A stretch of DNA of 64,000 nucleotides, taken from the NCBI GenBank assembly GCA_951406725.2, contig OX597815.1:160890001-160954000 (forward strand), in the 5' to 3' direction. The position numbers and the translations under genes are program-made. Of this stretch, positions 38,865 through 49,787 are shown piece after piece (the first letter of the stretch is position 1; the number at the start of each line of letters is the position of its first letter). The stretch is from Octopus vulgaris (lineage: Eukaryota). Under the pieces are notes generated by a model. It did no database searches and was not told the origin of the DNA. It saw only the letters and a list, made by a program, of their open reading frames with translations.

Positions 38865-39683
38865 GGTGGCAGAGTTCTTACGTGTAGTGACATTTTTTAT
38901 GACTTTATGTTCTGATTTCAAATTCTGCCAAAGTCGACTTTGCATGTCATTTTTTTTGGGGGGGGGGGATCAGTAAAACAAGTTCTAGTCATGTACTGGG
39001 TTTATTGCAATCGACTAGCTCCAATCCCCAAAATTTCAGGCCTTGTGCCTATAATAGAAAGGATTATTAAAGGCAGCGAACTGGCAGAATTGTTAGCACA
39101 GTGAGTGAAATTCTTAGCAGTATGTCATTCATCTTTACATTCTGAGTTCAAATTCTGCTGGGGTCAACTTTACCTTTTATTCTTTTGGAGCCGATGAATT
39201 AAATAGCAATGAAATACTGGGGTCAATGTAATTGAATTGCCCCTCCCCAAAAATTCAAGCCTTGCGCCTTTAGTAGAAAAGATTATTATTATTATTATTA
39301 TTATTAGTATTAGTAGTAGTAGTAGTAGTAGTAGTAGTATCATTATTAAGCTGACAGAATCATTAGCATGCCAGGCAAAATACTTAGCAGCATTTCATCT
39401 GTCCTTATGTTCTGCCTTCCAATTCCATTGAGGCTAACTTTGCTTTTCATCCTCTCAGGGCCGAAAAAATAAGTACCAGTTGAGAATGGGGTTGATGTAA
39501 CCAACTTGCCACCTCTAATGAAATTTCAAGCCCTGTCCCAAAATTTGAAACCATTATTATAATTATTGATATAATTGTCATTTCGAGGTCGATAAATTAA
39601 GTACCAGTGAAACACTGGAGTCAATATAATTGACTAGTCCCTTCCCCTCTAAATTTCTGGCCTGTGCCTATATTAGAAAGGAA

Positions 39684-39685
<2 letters not shown>
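38865..39685 (+). mobile_element. head-to-tail array of 4 older family A SINE units separated by (ATT)n
   Basis: Units start near 38865, 39070, 39347 and 39580; each ends in CCTTGTGCC..TAGAAA.GATTATT-like sequence. Confidence 0.8.
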
Positions 39686-39714
<29 letters not shown>

Positions 39715-39724
39715 GTTATTATTA

Positions 39725-40190
39725 AGAGAGCAGTGCATGCCATCAAAGTAACACTGGGGTAAAATATATGAAGTCCAGTATATCCATCATGACTACCCGT
39801 CTGATAAGGGTACACTAGGCACATGCCTCACAGCCATATGTGCGCGACATGTTGATCTCATACCAAGATAAACAGCACATGACCTTGCAGGTGGGGCTCA
39901 GTTAGAATTTTCTTCTAGTCGAGTAACCAATCCCACTCAAAAGATCCCTGAATAAGGGTTGTTTAAGGATGTTGAACGAAACACCCATGTTTCCAGAGGT
40001 GAATTATTCAAACCCCAAAGAATCCCACTCAACACATGGCTATGATGCTCCCCCACTACTTCTGCTCATGATCAGAGATGCACATGTCGTCAGCCACTAA
40101 GGGACATGCTCAACTGGTTAAGGTCAAGCAACTGACAAGCAAATCTGTGGTATTGAGCAGAATATTTGCTGTAGCCCATCTTTTATACCT
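39725..40190 (-). mobile_element. probable retroposon 3' UTR/tail of unassigned family
   Basis: GC-richer segment AGAGAGCAGTGCATGCCATCAAAG...GCCCATCTTTTATACC abutting an (ATT)n tract that reads as a (TAA)n tail on the minus strand; family and strand are inferred. Confidence 0.5.
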
Positions 40191-41210
40191 TATTATGGAT
40201 GTGTAATGTCAGTGTACTTACTCGACAGAGCGTTAGTACCTTGAGAGAAATGTTGTACCTAAGAAGCATCAGTTGTTGTGTGCAAGAGAGACGATTGCGC
40301 TGGTATGGTCATGTGGCGAGAATGGATGAAGATAGGTGTGTGAGAAAGTGCCAATCCCTAGCAGTTGAGGGAACCTGTGGAAGAGGTAGACCCAGGAAAA
40401 CCTGGGACGAAGTGGTGAAGCACGACCTTCGGACGTTAGGTCTCACCATGGAAATGACTAGAGACCGAGACCTATGGAAGTATGCTGTGCGTGAGAAGAC
40501 CCGGCAAGACTAGTGAAGCCATAATCCGTGGCCCCTACCTGGGACGTAGTCAGTCCACCTGTGCATACCTTCCTTCTTGTGACACTTGTGAAGACCTGTT
40601 GAGGCGAGTGAGAATCGAATCGTATTGAATCAAATCAAATCAAATCGAACCAAATCAAAATAGATGAACATCAATGGAATTTGTATCCTTGTGGTACCAG
40701 TGCCGGTGGCACATAAGAAAACCATCCGAACGTGACCGTAGCCAGTACCGCAATGATTGGCCTCCGTGCTGAGGGCACGTAACAAACACCATCCGAGCGT
40801 GGCCGTCCGCCAGCCTCGTCTGGCACCTGTGTCGGTGACACATAAGAAAACACCATCCGAGCGTGGCCGTCCGCCAGCCTCGTCTGGCACCTGTGTCGGT
40901 GACACATAAGAAAACACCATCCGAGCGTGGCCGTCAGCCAGCCTCGTCTGGCACCTGTGTCGGTGGCACATAAAAAACACCATCCGAGCATGGCCGTCTG
41001 CCAGCCTCGTCTGGCACCTGTGTCGGTGGCACATAAAATCACCCACTACACTCTCGGAGTGGTTGGCATTAGGAAGGGCATCCAGCTGTAGAAACACTGC
41101 CACATCTGACTGGCCTGGTGCAGCCTTCGGGCTTCCCAGACCCCAGTTGAACTGTCCAACCCATGCTAGCATGGAAAGCGGACGTTAAACGATGATGATG
41201 ATGATGATGA
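40191..41210 (+). mobile_element. 5'-truncated RTE-clade LINE: ORF C-terminus, 3' UTR and (GAT)n tail
   Basis: ORF 40199-40513: RRLRWYGHVARMDEDRCVRKC...GRGRPRKTW...DRDLWK, a typical RTE C-terminus without stops; tail CCATGCTAGCATGGAAAGCGGACGTTAAAC(GAT)n. Confidence 0.92.
40784..41038 (+). repeat. GC-rich minisatellite, 4 x 63-64 bp, in the RTE 3' UTR
   Basis: AAACACCATCCGAGCGTGGCCGTCCGCCAGCCTCGTCTGGCACCTGTGTCGGTGACACATAAGA starts at 40784, 40848, 40912 and 40975; a diverged unit lies upstream. Confidence 0.95.
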
Positions 41211-42005
41211 TTACTATTATTATTGTTATTATTATTATTATTATCATTATTATTTTTATCATGATGCAATTCAAAAGAAATAATGAACAGGACCAAGAAG
41301 TCTCTCTCTCACTCTCTATCTCTCTCTTCTTAGTGCCTCTCTTCTTAACCTTCAAGTCACATAAAAAATGTTTAACCTATTTTAGAAAATATATTTCTTG
41401 GATTGTACCAAAATATGTGGGTGCTATCATTGCATTATCAGTATTGGATGATATTGTAGATTACAAAATTATTTCAATTAACTTATCAGAGAAAGCAGTA
41501 TATGAAAATTCAGTTGAACAAACTAATTATATTGATATTTCCCCCTCCTGTATGCATAATGACTTGGCATTATATCATAACAATAAATTTCTGTCTGTCT
41601 GAGTGATTAATTACAGATTCATATTCACTTCCACAGTGTTACATAAGAAAAGGTTGCTATGGTGATCTTGACATGGCCAAGCACAGTCTGTAATCCTCTT
41701 AGCATTCTTTAGGAAAATCCTTAATAAACAACCAGTTTTGTGTTATCATCTAGCAGCCAAATCTGCCTCATATCAAACCATACTATCTTAGAAAAGAACA
41801 TAACACAGTCCAGGGTATCCAGCATATAACAAAAATATGGGATAGTCATGGATGGAATGTCTTTGATCATAAGTCAGTCGGAACTCACCAGGGTTAAAGA
41901 ATAGCAATAACAATTATAATGCGACATAATTTTTAAAAGTGAGGTTTTCATTCTATTCTGATAATAGGTATGCATCATATTTCAGTGCTAAATACATTTC
42001 TTTAA

Positions 42006-42440
42006 CCCTTTAGTATTCAACCCGGCCATATCTATTTCTTTATTGCCCACAAGGGGCTAAACATAGAGAGGACAAACAAGGACAGACAAAGGAATTAAGT
42101 CGATTACATCGACCCCAGTGTGAAACTGGTACTTTTATTTATCGACCCCAAAAGGATGGAAGGCAAAGTCGGCCTCGGCGGAATTTGAATTCAGAACGTA
42201 ACGACAGACGAAATACCGCTAAACATTCCGCCCGGCGCGCTAACATGTCTGCCAGCCATATCTGGTTTAAATATTCTGCTTGTTACGTTCAAACAGGCCA
42301 AATCCAGCCTCTCAAACCTACCCTACAATGTCCTTCTAAAAATAAGCAAACATATGAAAATCTTGAAGCTACAAGATAATACATAATTAATTAAAAACAA
42401 TGTCAATAATTAAGAATTACATTTGACAGAATAATGAGTT
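42006..42440 (-). mobile_element. piggyBac-type MITE containing a nested family A SINE (42033-42254, minus)
   Basis: TTAA-CCCTTTAGTATTC start; SINE flanked by GCCATATCT TSD; remainder is the reverse complement of the 15797 MITE. Confidence 0.8.
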
Positions 42441-45045
42441 AGACTTTGGTCACGTCTCTTTTTCTCCTTTACTTAATCCTAATGATTACCAACAGTTTCT
42501 GGCTACCAGTCAGTAAATTCCTCATTCATTTCATATGTGCAACTCTTCTCAATGCAATCAAATAGCTCTATCTCACCTGATAAGTTCATCGACATTTAAG
42601 TTCTATAAATCCACAAGTGAAGATACTGCAAATAATTATCCCTCTGTTTGCGTGCTTCCCTGGAATTGGATCGATAAATTCCCAAAGATAGTATTCCATA
42701 TCCTCCCGCAGCTTTTGTCCCTTGGAATCAGAAAAGTAAATCCACAAGTAAAGATAAAATTTTAAACAATTATCCTTCTTGATTGGCCACCCACCTGTAA
42801 TCAATTCAGTAAAGATATTTCAATCAATTAACCCCCTAAGGTGTTCCCCACTGGAATTAGATTAGCAAATCCGCAAATCTAGATAATATTTCAACAAAGC
42901 ATCGTTTCCCCATAGCATTATCTCAGCATGACATCTCAGTACAATACCATCTCACTGTAACATCATTTTACCGTAACATTATCTTAATATAACATCATCT
43001 TACTGGCACATCTTCTCACCGTAACATCTGCAACTTTGGCTATTCTTAGCTTGGTGTGGAGTGGTGTTTTATACAATCATTCAGTCTGTTAGAAATAGCA
43101 TTCAAATCTTATCTAAATTACATCCTATCACCTTGAAAAAGAAAGGGTTACATTTGGATAGGTAGTCTCAGATACATAATGCTCAATAGGATAAGATAAA
43201 AGCAATTTTACTCATAAGTCTGTACAGCCAAAACTTATCTGGCATTCAATATGGATTTCAAAAACCTAGATTTACTGATTATCTACTGTTCTACCCAACA
43301 CAAAAACTGTTAGTTGTCAGAGCATCAGACAAAGCATCTCACAGTATTAGCTCCAATTTTGTGTGCTCTGAGTTCAAATCCCTCTGAAGTCAACTTTGTC
43401 TTTCATCTTACTAGGTTTGATAGAAATATGTATCTATTCAGACTTGTAGATAAACTGAACTAAGCATGTGAAACTGGCTGCCTTCCAGTATTTGTTCTAA
43501 CTCTTTAAATTCTCAGTTTAAACCTTACAACACTTGCTTGGGTGGCAGACTCAGTTTCTCACCAGCTTAAGACCACCACCTGACACCTTAGGTTCTTTTA
43601 TTGAGATCCATTCTGCTGCAAGCATTTATGCCAGGTCTTCCTCTCACTAGTCTCCCTTTCTCTTATCAGTCTCAGAGACCCTCTAAAGAATCATAGGGGA
43701 GGCAGTGACTTCCCTTCTTACTAAAAGATTAAAAAAAAACAACATAAAACAGAATGTACATTGAAATGAAAGATACTTTATATTACCCCTAAAAAGATAC
43801 CCTTCAAAAGTTCTGGTTAAAATATACTTTTGGGGAATTATTTAGGGAACTAATCCCTAAGATTTAATCCTTTCTCAGTAAACAAATTTTAACCTCTCAT
43901 TTTCAAAATACCTCTTTAATTTCTTGATTAATAACTACCTGTTTTTTGTTTACCTGTAAGGCTAATGTTTTTTCCCTCTGAAACCCTTGAGGAAGCCTCT
44001 ATGTGGTTATTTGATCTGTAAGAAATAGCAGCCATGTTTCCATCTAATCATATCCTACTTTCTTAAAATGGAAGGTAACCTTGATATAAAAAATAACAGA
44101 ATTGTTATTGCTGGAGTGTCCCTTGTCCTAGGCTTGTTATATCAGGGTTGTCCTGGAACTAAACAACAACAATAACAATAATATTCTGATTATTAATAAT
44201 AATTGTCCACTAACAATATCAGTCGTTGAGGCTACATAAATATTTGTGGAATCTGCTTTCTTTCCTCCCTGTTTTGTAAAAGATGTGTACATTTTCCAGC
44301 AAAAGAAAAACAACTCAAAGCACATATCTTGTTCTTGTTTACCTGTTAATTGTGACATATGTAACAGTCATTCCTGTTCTCTACTATTCTGACATGGTCA
44401 CCTCTTCCTGATTAAATGTGTGCCTATAGTCATGATACTTGTTGCGGACTCATGTAAACCTTCATAATATCCAGGTACCAGTTTTAAGTCTTTTAATGTA
44501 AACTTGACTTGTGGTTGAACTTTGATCGGAATTCTCATATAAACACACAAACAAAAGACAGTGATATGTGCAGCTTAGCAGAACATAAACATTATCACCA
44601 GCATTCATATGCGTTGGACAATCCAGTTCTGGTTACACATGTCAGGATACAAAGGGGCTGGAACTATGCATGACAATATCTCTGGAACCACTAACCTGGC
44701 ATGACCCCAGCCTCATCAAGCAAGACCTTGAAGTAAAGTGGTTACACATGTATCAACTGTCCTGGAAACATTTCAAAATGAAGCCTATTTAAGCTAGTTT
44801 AAAAGAATTTTTTTTTTCTCAACCACCCACCTAAGCAAAGGAGTTGATATAGGCCTCTTTTCTGCTATTTCTTTTCCTTTTTACCTGATGGTTTAGCAGT
44901 AATACCTGGTGACCAGTTCTGATTGAATGAATATTCACTTTAATTTTAACAGTAATCTCTTCTAAGATACCTTGGGGAGATATAATCTGTTGTCCTATAT
45001 TTACCATGAAATGTTTCAGTGCTTAGAGTTGTAATATTTGTAAGT

Positions 45046-45410
45046 AGGCGTGTGTGGCTGTGAGGTTAAGAAGTTTGCTTCTCAACCACATGATTTCAGG
45101 TTCAGCACCCCTGTGTGGCAACTTAGGCCAAATGAATCAAAGCCCTGTGACCCTGATTTATTTGATGAAAAAGGAAAAAAGTGTGTGTGTGAGTATGTGT
45201 GTGTTTGACATCGTGTAAAGTTGTAAATGAATGTTATTTTCAATATTCTGTAAAAAAATGTCTAGCCATGGCTAGCTGGTAAACAAGTGTGGGTTGGTGA
45301 TTAGAAGAGCATCAGGCTATAGAAAATCTGCCTCAGTAAACTCTGTCTGACACTTGTAAACCTGGAAAAAGTGGCTGTTAAACTGACCACAATGATGATG
45401 AGGATGATGG
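45046..45410 (+). mobile_element. SINE with family B-like head and RTE-like (GAT)n tail, diverged
   Basis: GGCGTGTGTGGCTGTGAGGTTAAGAAGTTTGCTT head; 3' GGTTGGTGATTAGAAGAGCATC..GAAAAAGTGGCTGTTAAA..ATGATGATG. Confidence 0.6.
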
Positions 45411-45764
45411 TTAGTAGTGGAAGAAATATCTCTTTTCTTTTGGTAGAATTTCTTTTGCTGTTTAACATGAAGATTGAAGTAAAGTTATACTAAGGAACAG
45501 TTTTGATATTGAGTATTTTGCTTGAAATGTGATACTGTTATAGAAATTACTTAAAATTTTTGTTGTAAGATTTTTGTTTTCAATTATTTGTTGTGTGTGC
45601 AAGATGGTAATTAACTTAGGAATTTTTATTGAAAAAAAAATGAGAACTTTGTGATGTTCATAAAGATATGTTAATGAAAGGATATTATCTCAACAGGGAA
45701 TTAAAACAAGTTTGCATGCAAAGACTGTTTACCACACTATATAATTAGTAGTTCAATGAGTTGA

Positions 45765-45970
45765 AGGTTGGTGGTTTAGTGGTTAGGGTATTTGGGTCAT
45801 GATCATAAGGGCATGAGTTCAATTCCTGGTGGCATATTGTGTCTTTGAGCAAAGAGCTATATTTCACATTGCTCTAGTACACTCAGTTGGCAACAATTAG
45901 TCATACCTGTAATTTAAAGTGCCAGCCTTGTCGCATTCTGTGTCACACTGAATCCCCTTGTGAAATATGT
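45765..45970 (+). mobile_element. SINE family D, 3' truncated
   Basis: Homologous to 2230-2430. Confidence 0.7.
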
Positions 45971-47381
45971 TTGAAGAACTAAGGGAAGTCTTGCTTGGGA
46001 ACCACTGGAAGTTGGTGGTAGGTAAGGCATGCATCCGTAGAGAAACTCCTTCACTAAGTTTCCTCTGACTTATGCTAGCTTAGAAAAAGTGGACATTAAT
46101 AAAATGATAATATTGTTTAAAGAAACTGACCACATAAATAAATCCTCAGATTCAGGTACTGTAAACTTTATGATGTTTGTTGAATTTCTTTTTCCTTACG
46201 TATCAAGTGAATTGATTGACGATGCACCTTTGCTCTTTCATCTTGAACATAAGGCATAAACAATTTTGCTATCAAATAATTGCTTGCAATTTAAAAATGC
46301 AGCATCTACTAAGTAAAGAAAATGGGATGATACTAACTACCCAGCCAACCAACCAACCAACCAATCACATGAACGTAAACTTAAAGAGAATACCAGTAGC
46401 TTAATGGTAATATAATATGCTTTTACCTACTTAGCTATTATATTTTATGAAGATGGTTCTCAGAATTATTTAATTCTCAAACAATTCTTTTCCTCTACAT
46501 CAATAAATATAAATTTCTATATATATTTACTTAACTGGTTATTGCCAATATTTCAGCAAGTGATGGCAAGGTTGGACTTTGAGGCTGCCCAATAAAGCTT
46601 AAACATGTCTAAAGTTATCTTCTGCACTTACCAAAAAATAATAAATTTATAAATATATAAATAAAAGGAAAAATATTAACCATCAGCTAATATTATTCCT
46701 CTTCCTCTGCACATTCAGTTCTACTTTAGCTGTTTAATGTCCCAAGCATTAAATATTGTTCAATCCACTTAACAATATGGTAATATGCTGAAGCGGTAAA
46801 TAGGAGATGCAATTTTGACTCATCATATGTCTCAAATCATTTTTGTTTCCTTTCTTCTTTTGTGTTTATATAGACACATGCATACATATACCATTCTCTT
46901 CCTCTCCTTTATGTGTAACTCTGCTTACATGGGATGGTTTTCATATATATATTGTGTGTGTATCTATATATAAATTTTTTGGGTGCAAACCTATATTACT
47001 AAGTACAAATGCACGAAACTCTCAGCCCTTGAGTCACTCTTTAATTTCTGTTGATTTATAAAAGGTATCTGTGCATATTTGTGCATATGTGTGTGTATGT
47101 ACATATATAGTGATACATTAAATGTTTATGTATGCCATCCAAGCATTATTGATATTATTATTATTATATATATATCTATATATGAGAGGTATTGGTATCC
47201 AGAAGACTCAAGATGGCAGGTGCGGCTAAGGGCTATGGGAGGACTGTAGTTAGACTCTCAGTTTGATAATAATATGAAGAGTCTAATATGGGTCTTGTGT
47301 GAGCATGTGTATGTTAAATAAAATGAGACAACAAAGCCGAGGCTATGTGGAATTTATAGGACATTTACAAAGAGAAGGTTA

Positions 47382-47429
47382 GTCTTACAGCTGTTACTGG
47401 AATATTAGGGATATCCCTTCATCAGAGAT
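47382..47429 (-). ncRNA. minimal type I hammerhead motif, core-mutated (GAAA to GTAA)
   Basis: Minus: ATCT-CTGATGA-A-GGGATAT CCCTA ATATTCC-A-GTAAC-AGCT-GTA-AGAC. Confidence 0.7.
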
Positions 47430-47688
47430 GATATGAGAGAGTGAACTAGAGGGGAATAGTAGAGTTCAGTATAAGGAGTTATTTTGGGAAAGGATGGATA
47501 TAAGAAGTATAAAGAAAAATAACAGAATAAAAATAAAATAAAAATATATGTAGGATGTTACAGTTACAATCCCATTATCCAAGGAAAGTGCTGTGTAGAA
47601 TGGGTAGAAATGCTTCTTGTTCATGATATGTAGATTCCGACAGGAATATTGAACTCTACTATTTCCCTCTAGTTAACTCTTTCTTATC

Positions 47689-47736
47689 GTCTCTGATGAA
47701 GGGATATCTTTAATATCCCAGAAACAGCTGTAAGAC
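47689..47736 (+). ncRNA. minimal type I hammerhead ribozyme, intact core
   Basis: GTCT-CTGATGA-A-GGGATAT CTTTA ATATCCC-A-GAAAC-AGCT-GTA-AGAC: 4-bp stem I, 7-bp stem II, palindromic stem III ACAGCTGT, GUA cleavage triplet. Confidence 0.82.
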
Positions 47737-48732
47737 TACCTTTCTCTTTATAAATATCCTATAAATGGCTTTGTTGTCTCATTTTATTTAACACACACAC
47801 ATATATATAAAGTAACAAACTGGGGAAAAGAAATCCTTCAAAGGGGTGTGTTAAGCATCCAATTCACTGGTGCTTCACCCTTCAGTTGGATACCATATAA
47901 ATATTGGTATAATTCAATAATAAAGATAAATTAAATATAAAGATATTCTATTGACAATCCAATAATTTATTTACATCACAATATTATGTTAAATACTATG
48001 AATATAATACATAACATAACATAATATTATATAACTAACAATAAAAACCGTAAAAGGCCAACAAATTGTTTCAACTTATATATATTTTCTCTGATATATG
48101 TATAATCACAGTTCCATTATATATATATATATATATAGTCACTTTAGGGTCCTTGGTTCAGAAAAATGAAATTCTGTGTGAAAGGACAGCTGGATTGCAA
48201 AAATTAATCATGAGTTTTATGAGTATGAGTGCTAATTATTTGGTCTTACATCAGTTACAATTAAAAAACAACAAAAGCACTTTAACAGACGATAAAATCA
48301 AGGAAGTGCAATTCACAACCATTGAAATTCACTTCATTATACCTCAAATACATACTAATTGAAACCCTTTGATGTCCAAGATAGTCTCTTGTCATCACAA
48401 CATACAATAATAATATATGTGTGCATATAAATGTATATAATTATCTAAGTCTTCTATGTGTAACAGCGACAAAAAATATGTAAACAATTGCATCTTCAAT
48501 ACAACAACTTTTTTATCTATTTAAATTAGTTGCTATAAAAAAATTTATTGTTTAAATTATCTAATAATAATCTTCTATATTTATTATTTTCTCGGAGGGA
48601 TAATTCTGTAGTAGATATGAATAGAAGCCTACTGAAAATTTCTCCCTCTCTTTACTTAACCTATCACACAGAGAATCCCATAATTATTGCTAATATGGAC
48701 TTAAGACTATAAATGCAATAACTAAAAATTCC

Positions 48733-48778
<46 letters not shown>

Positions 48779-49058
48779 GTAGTATACACACACATGCATA
48801 TATATATTTTAGATTACAGCAATGGAAATCAAATTTACTAATTTTTTTAAGGGGTAACCGGATTTGAAGTTACTTAAAAAATTGTTTTACACACACCATG
48901 GAAGGGAGAATTTAGTGAATCGACAGAAATCATCAATACAAATCAAACAAACAACAAGCACAGTTCCTGATGAACTAATCTATATTATTATTTACAAAAT
49001 GAGGGACCATATATAGTGCATATCCAAATTTTATCAATACTTTCAGAAATAACAAGCA

Positions 49059-49290
49059 GCATTGTTGTAATAAGAATATGATATATAAACTATGCAAAAC
49101 TATAATAATTACTATTTTGGTTATTAAATTTATTTAGTAAGTCAAATGAAACTATTTTTTATTATAATATATATATATATATTATAATAAAAAATAGTTT
49201 CATTTGACTTACTAAATAAATTTAATAACCAAAATAGTAATTATTATAGTTTTGCATAGTTTATATATCATATTCTTATTACAACAATGC
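49059..49290. repeat. perfect 232-bp palindrome with no spacer, centred in (TA)n
   Basis: GCATTGTTGTAATAAGAATATG...CATATTCTTATTACAACAATGC; axis between 49174 and 49175. Confidence 0.95.
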
Positions 49291-49300
49291 AGCATGGATT

Positions 49301-49350
49301 TTTGTCAGTGAACAGGTCGTGGATTTTAGCGACGAAAATATTTTGACAAA
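49301..49350 (+). ncRNA. atypical minimal type I hammerhead motif with G3:C8 core swap
   Basis: TTTGTCA-GTGAACA-G-GTCGT GGATTTTA GCGAC-GAA-AATATT-T-TGACAAA: 7-bp stem I, 5-bp stem II, palindromic stem III, UUU triplet. Confidence 0.65.
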
Positions 49351-49430
49351 TTAAACTTAAATGTTGAAGTGAATCGAACGGCTTTTGTGTGTTTCTTAAA
49401 TGACTTACAAACACCTTCCATGCTGCAATT

Positions 49431-49482
<52 letters not shown>

Positions 49483-49485
<3 letters not shown>

Positions 49486-49786
49486 GACACATGGCTTAGT
49501 GGTTAGGATGTTGCACTCATGATCGTGAGATTGTGCTTTCAATTATCAATTCCTAGACCAGGTGGTGTGTTGTGTACTTGAGCAAAACATTTCATTCACA
49601 TTGCTCTATGATCACTTTGGCACCTGATATGTGGTACATTATGCATCTATTGAGGCAATGTTGATTTGATGGAGGGAGTAAGCTAATGTATGTTACATAC
49701 ATTTGATCACTATAAACAAATCATTTGTACTGTTTATTTGGTAAATGCTGAACACTCATTCATTGTCTTCAACAGGTGAGTCCATC
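49483..49786 (+). mobile_element. SINE family F
   Basis: ACATGGCTTAGTGGTTAGGATGTTG head and GTGTACTTGAGCAAAAC; homologous to 21577-21795. Confidence 0.75.
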
Positions 49787-49787
49787 A

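Larger units (their letters stand above)
47312..47793. mobile_element. inverted pair of PLE pseudo-LTR segments (arms 47312-47472 and 47646-47793)
   Basis: TGTTAAATAAAATGAGACAACAAAGCC / GGCTTTGTTGTCTCATTTTATTTAACA and the inner arm sequences are reverse complements; each arm carries a hammerhead motif. Confidence 0.8.

Noticed and set aside
40784-41038. Regular 64-bp repeats as a CRISPR array
   Set aside because: Units are contiguous with no unique spacers, lie in a LINE 3' UTR, have no cas genes nearby, and the DNA is eukaryotic.
47810-48080. Pseudo-LTR-like segment with GAAACAATT on the minus strand
   Set aside because: No CUGANGA half or stem II was found, so no ribozyme was called.
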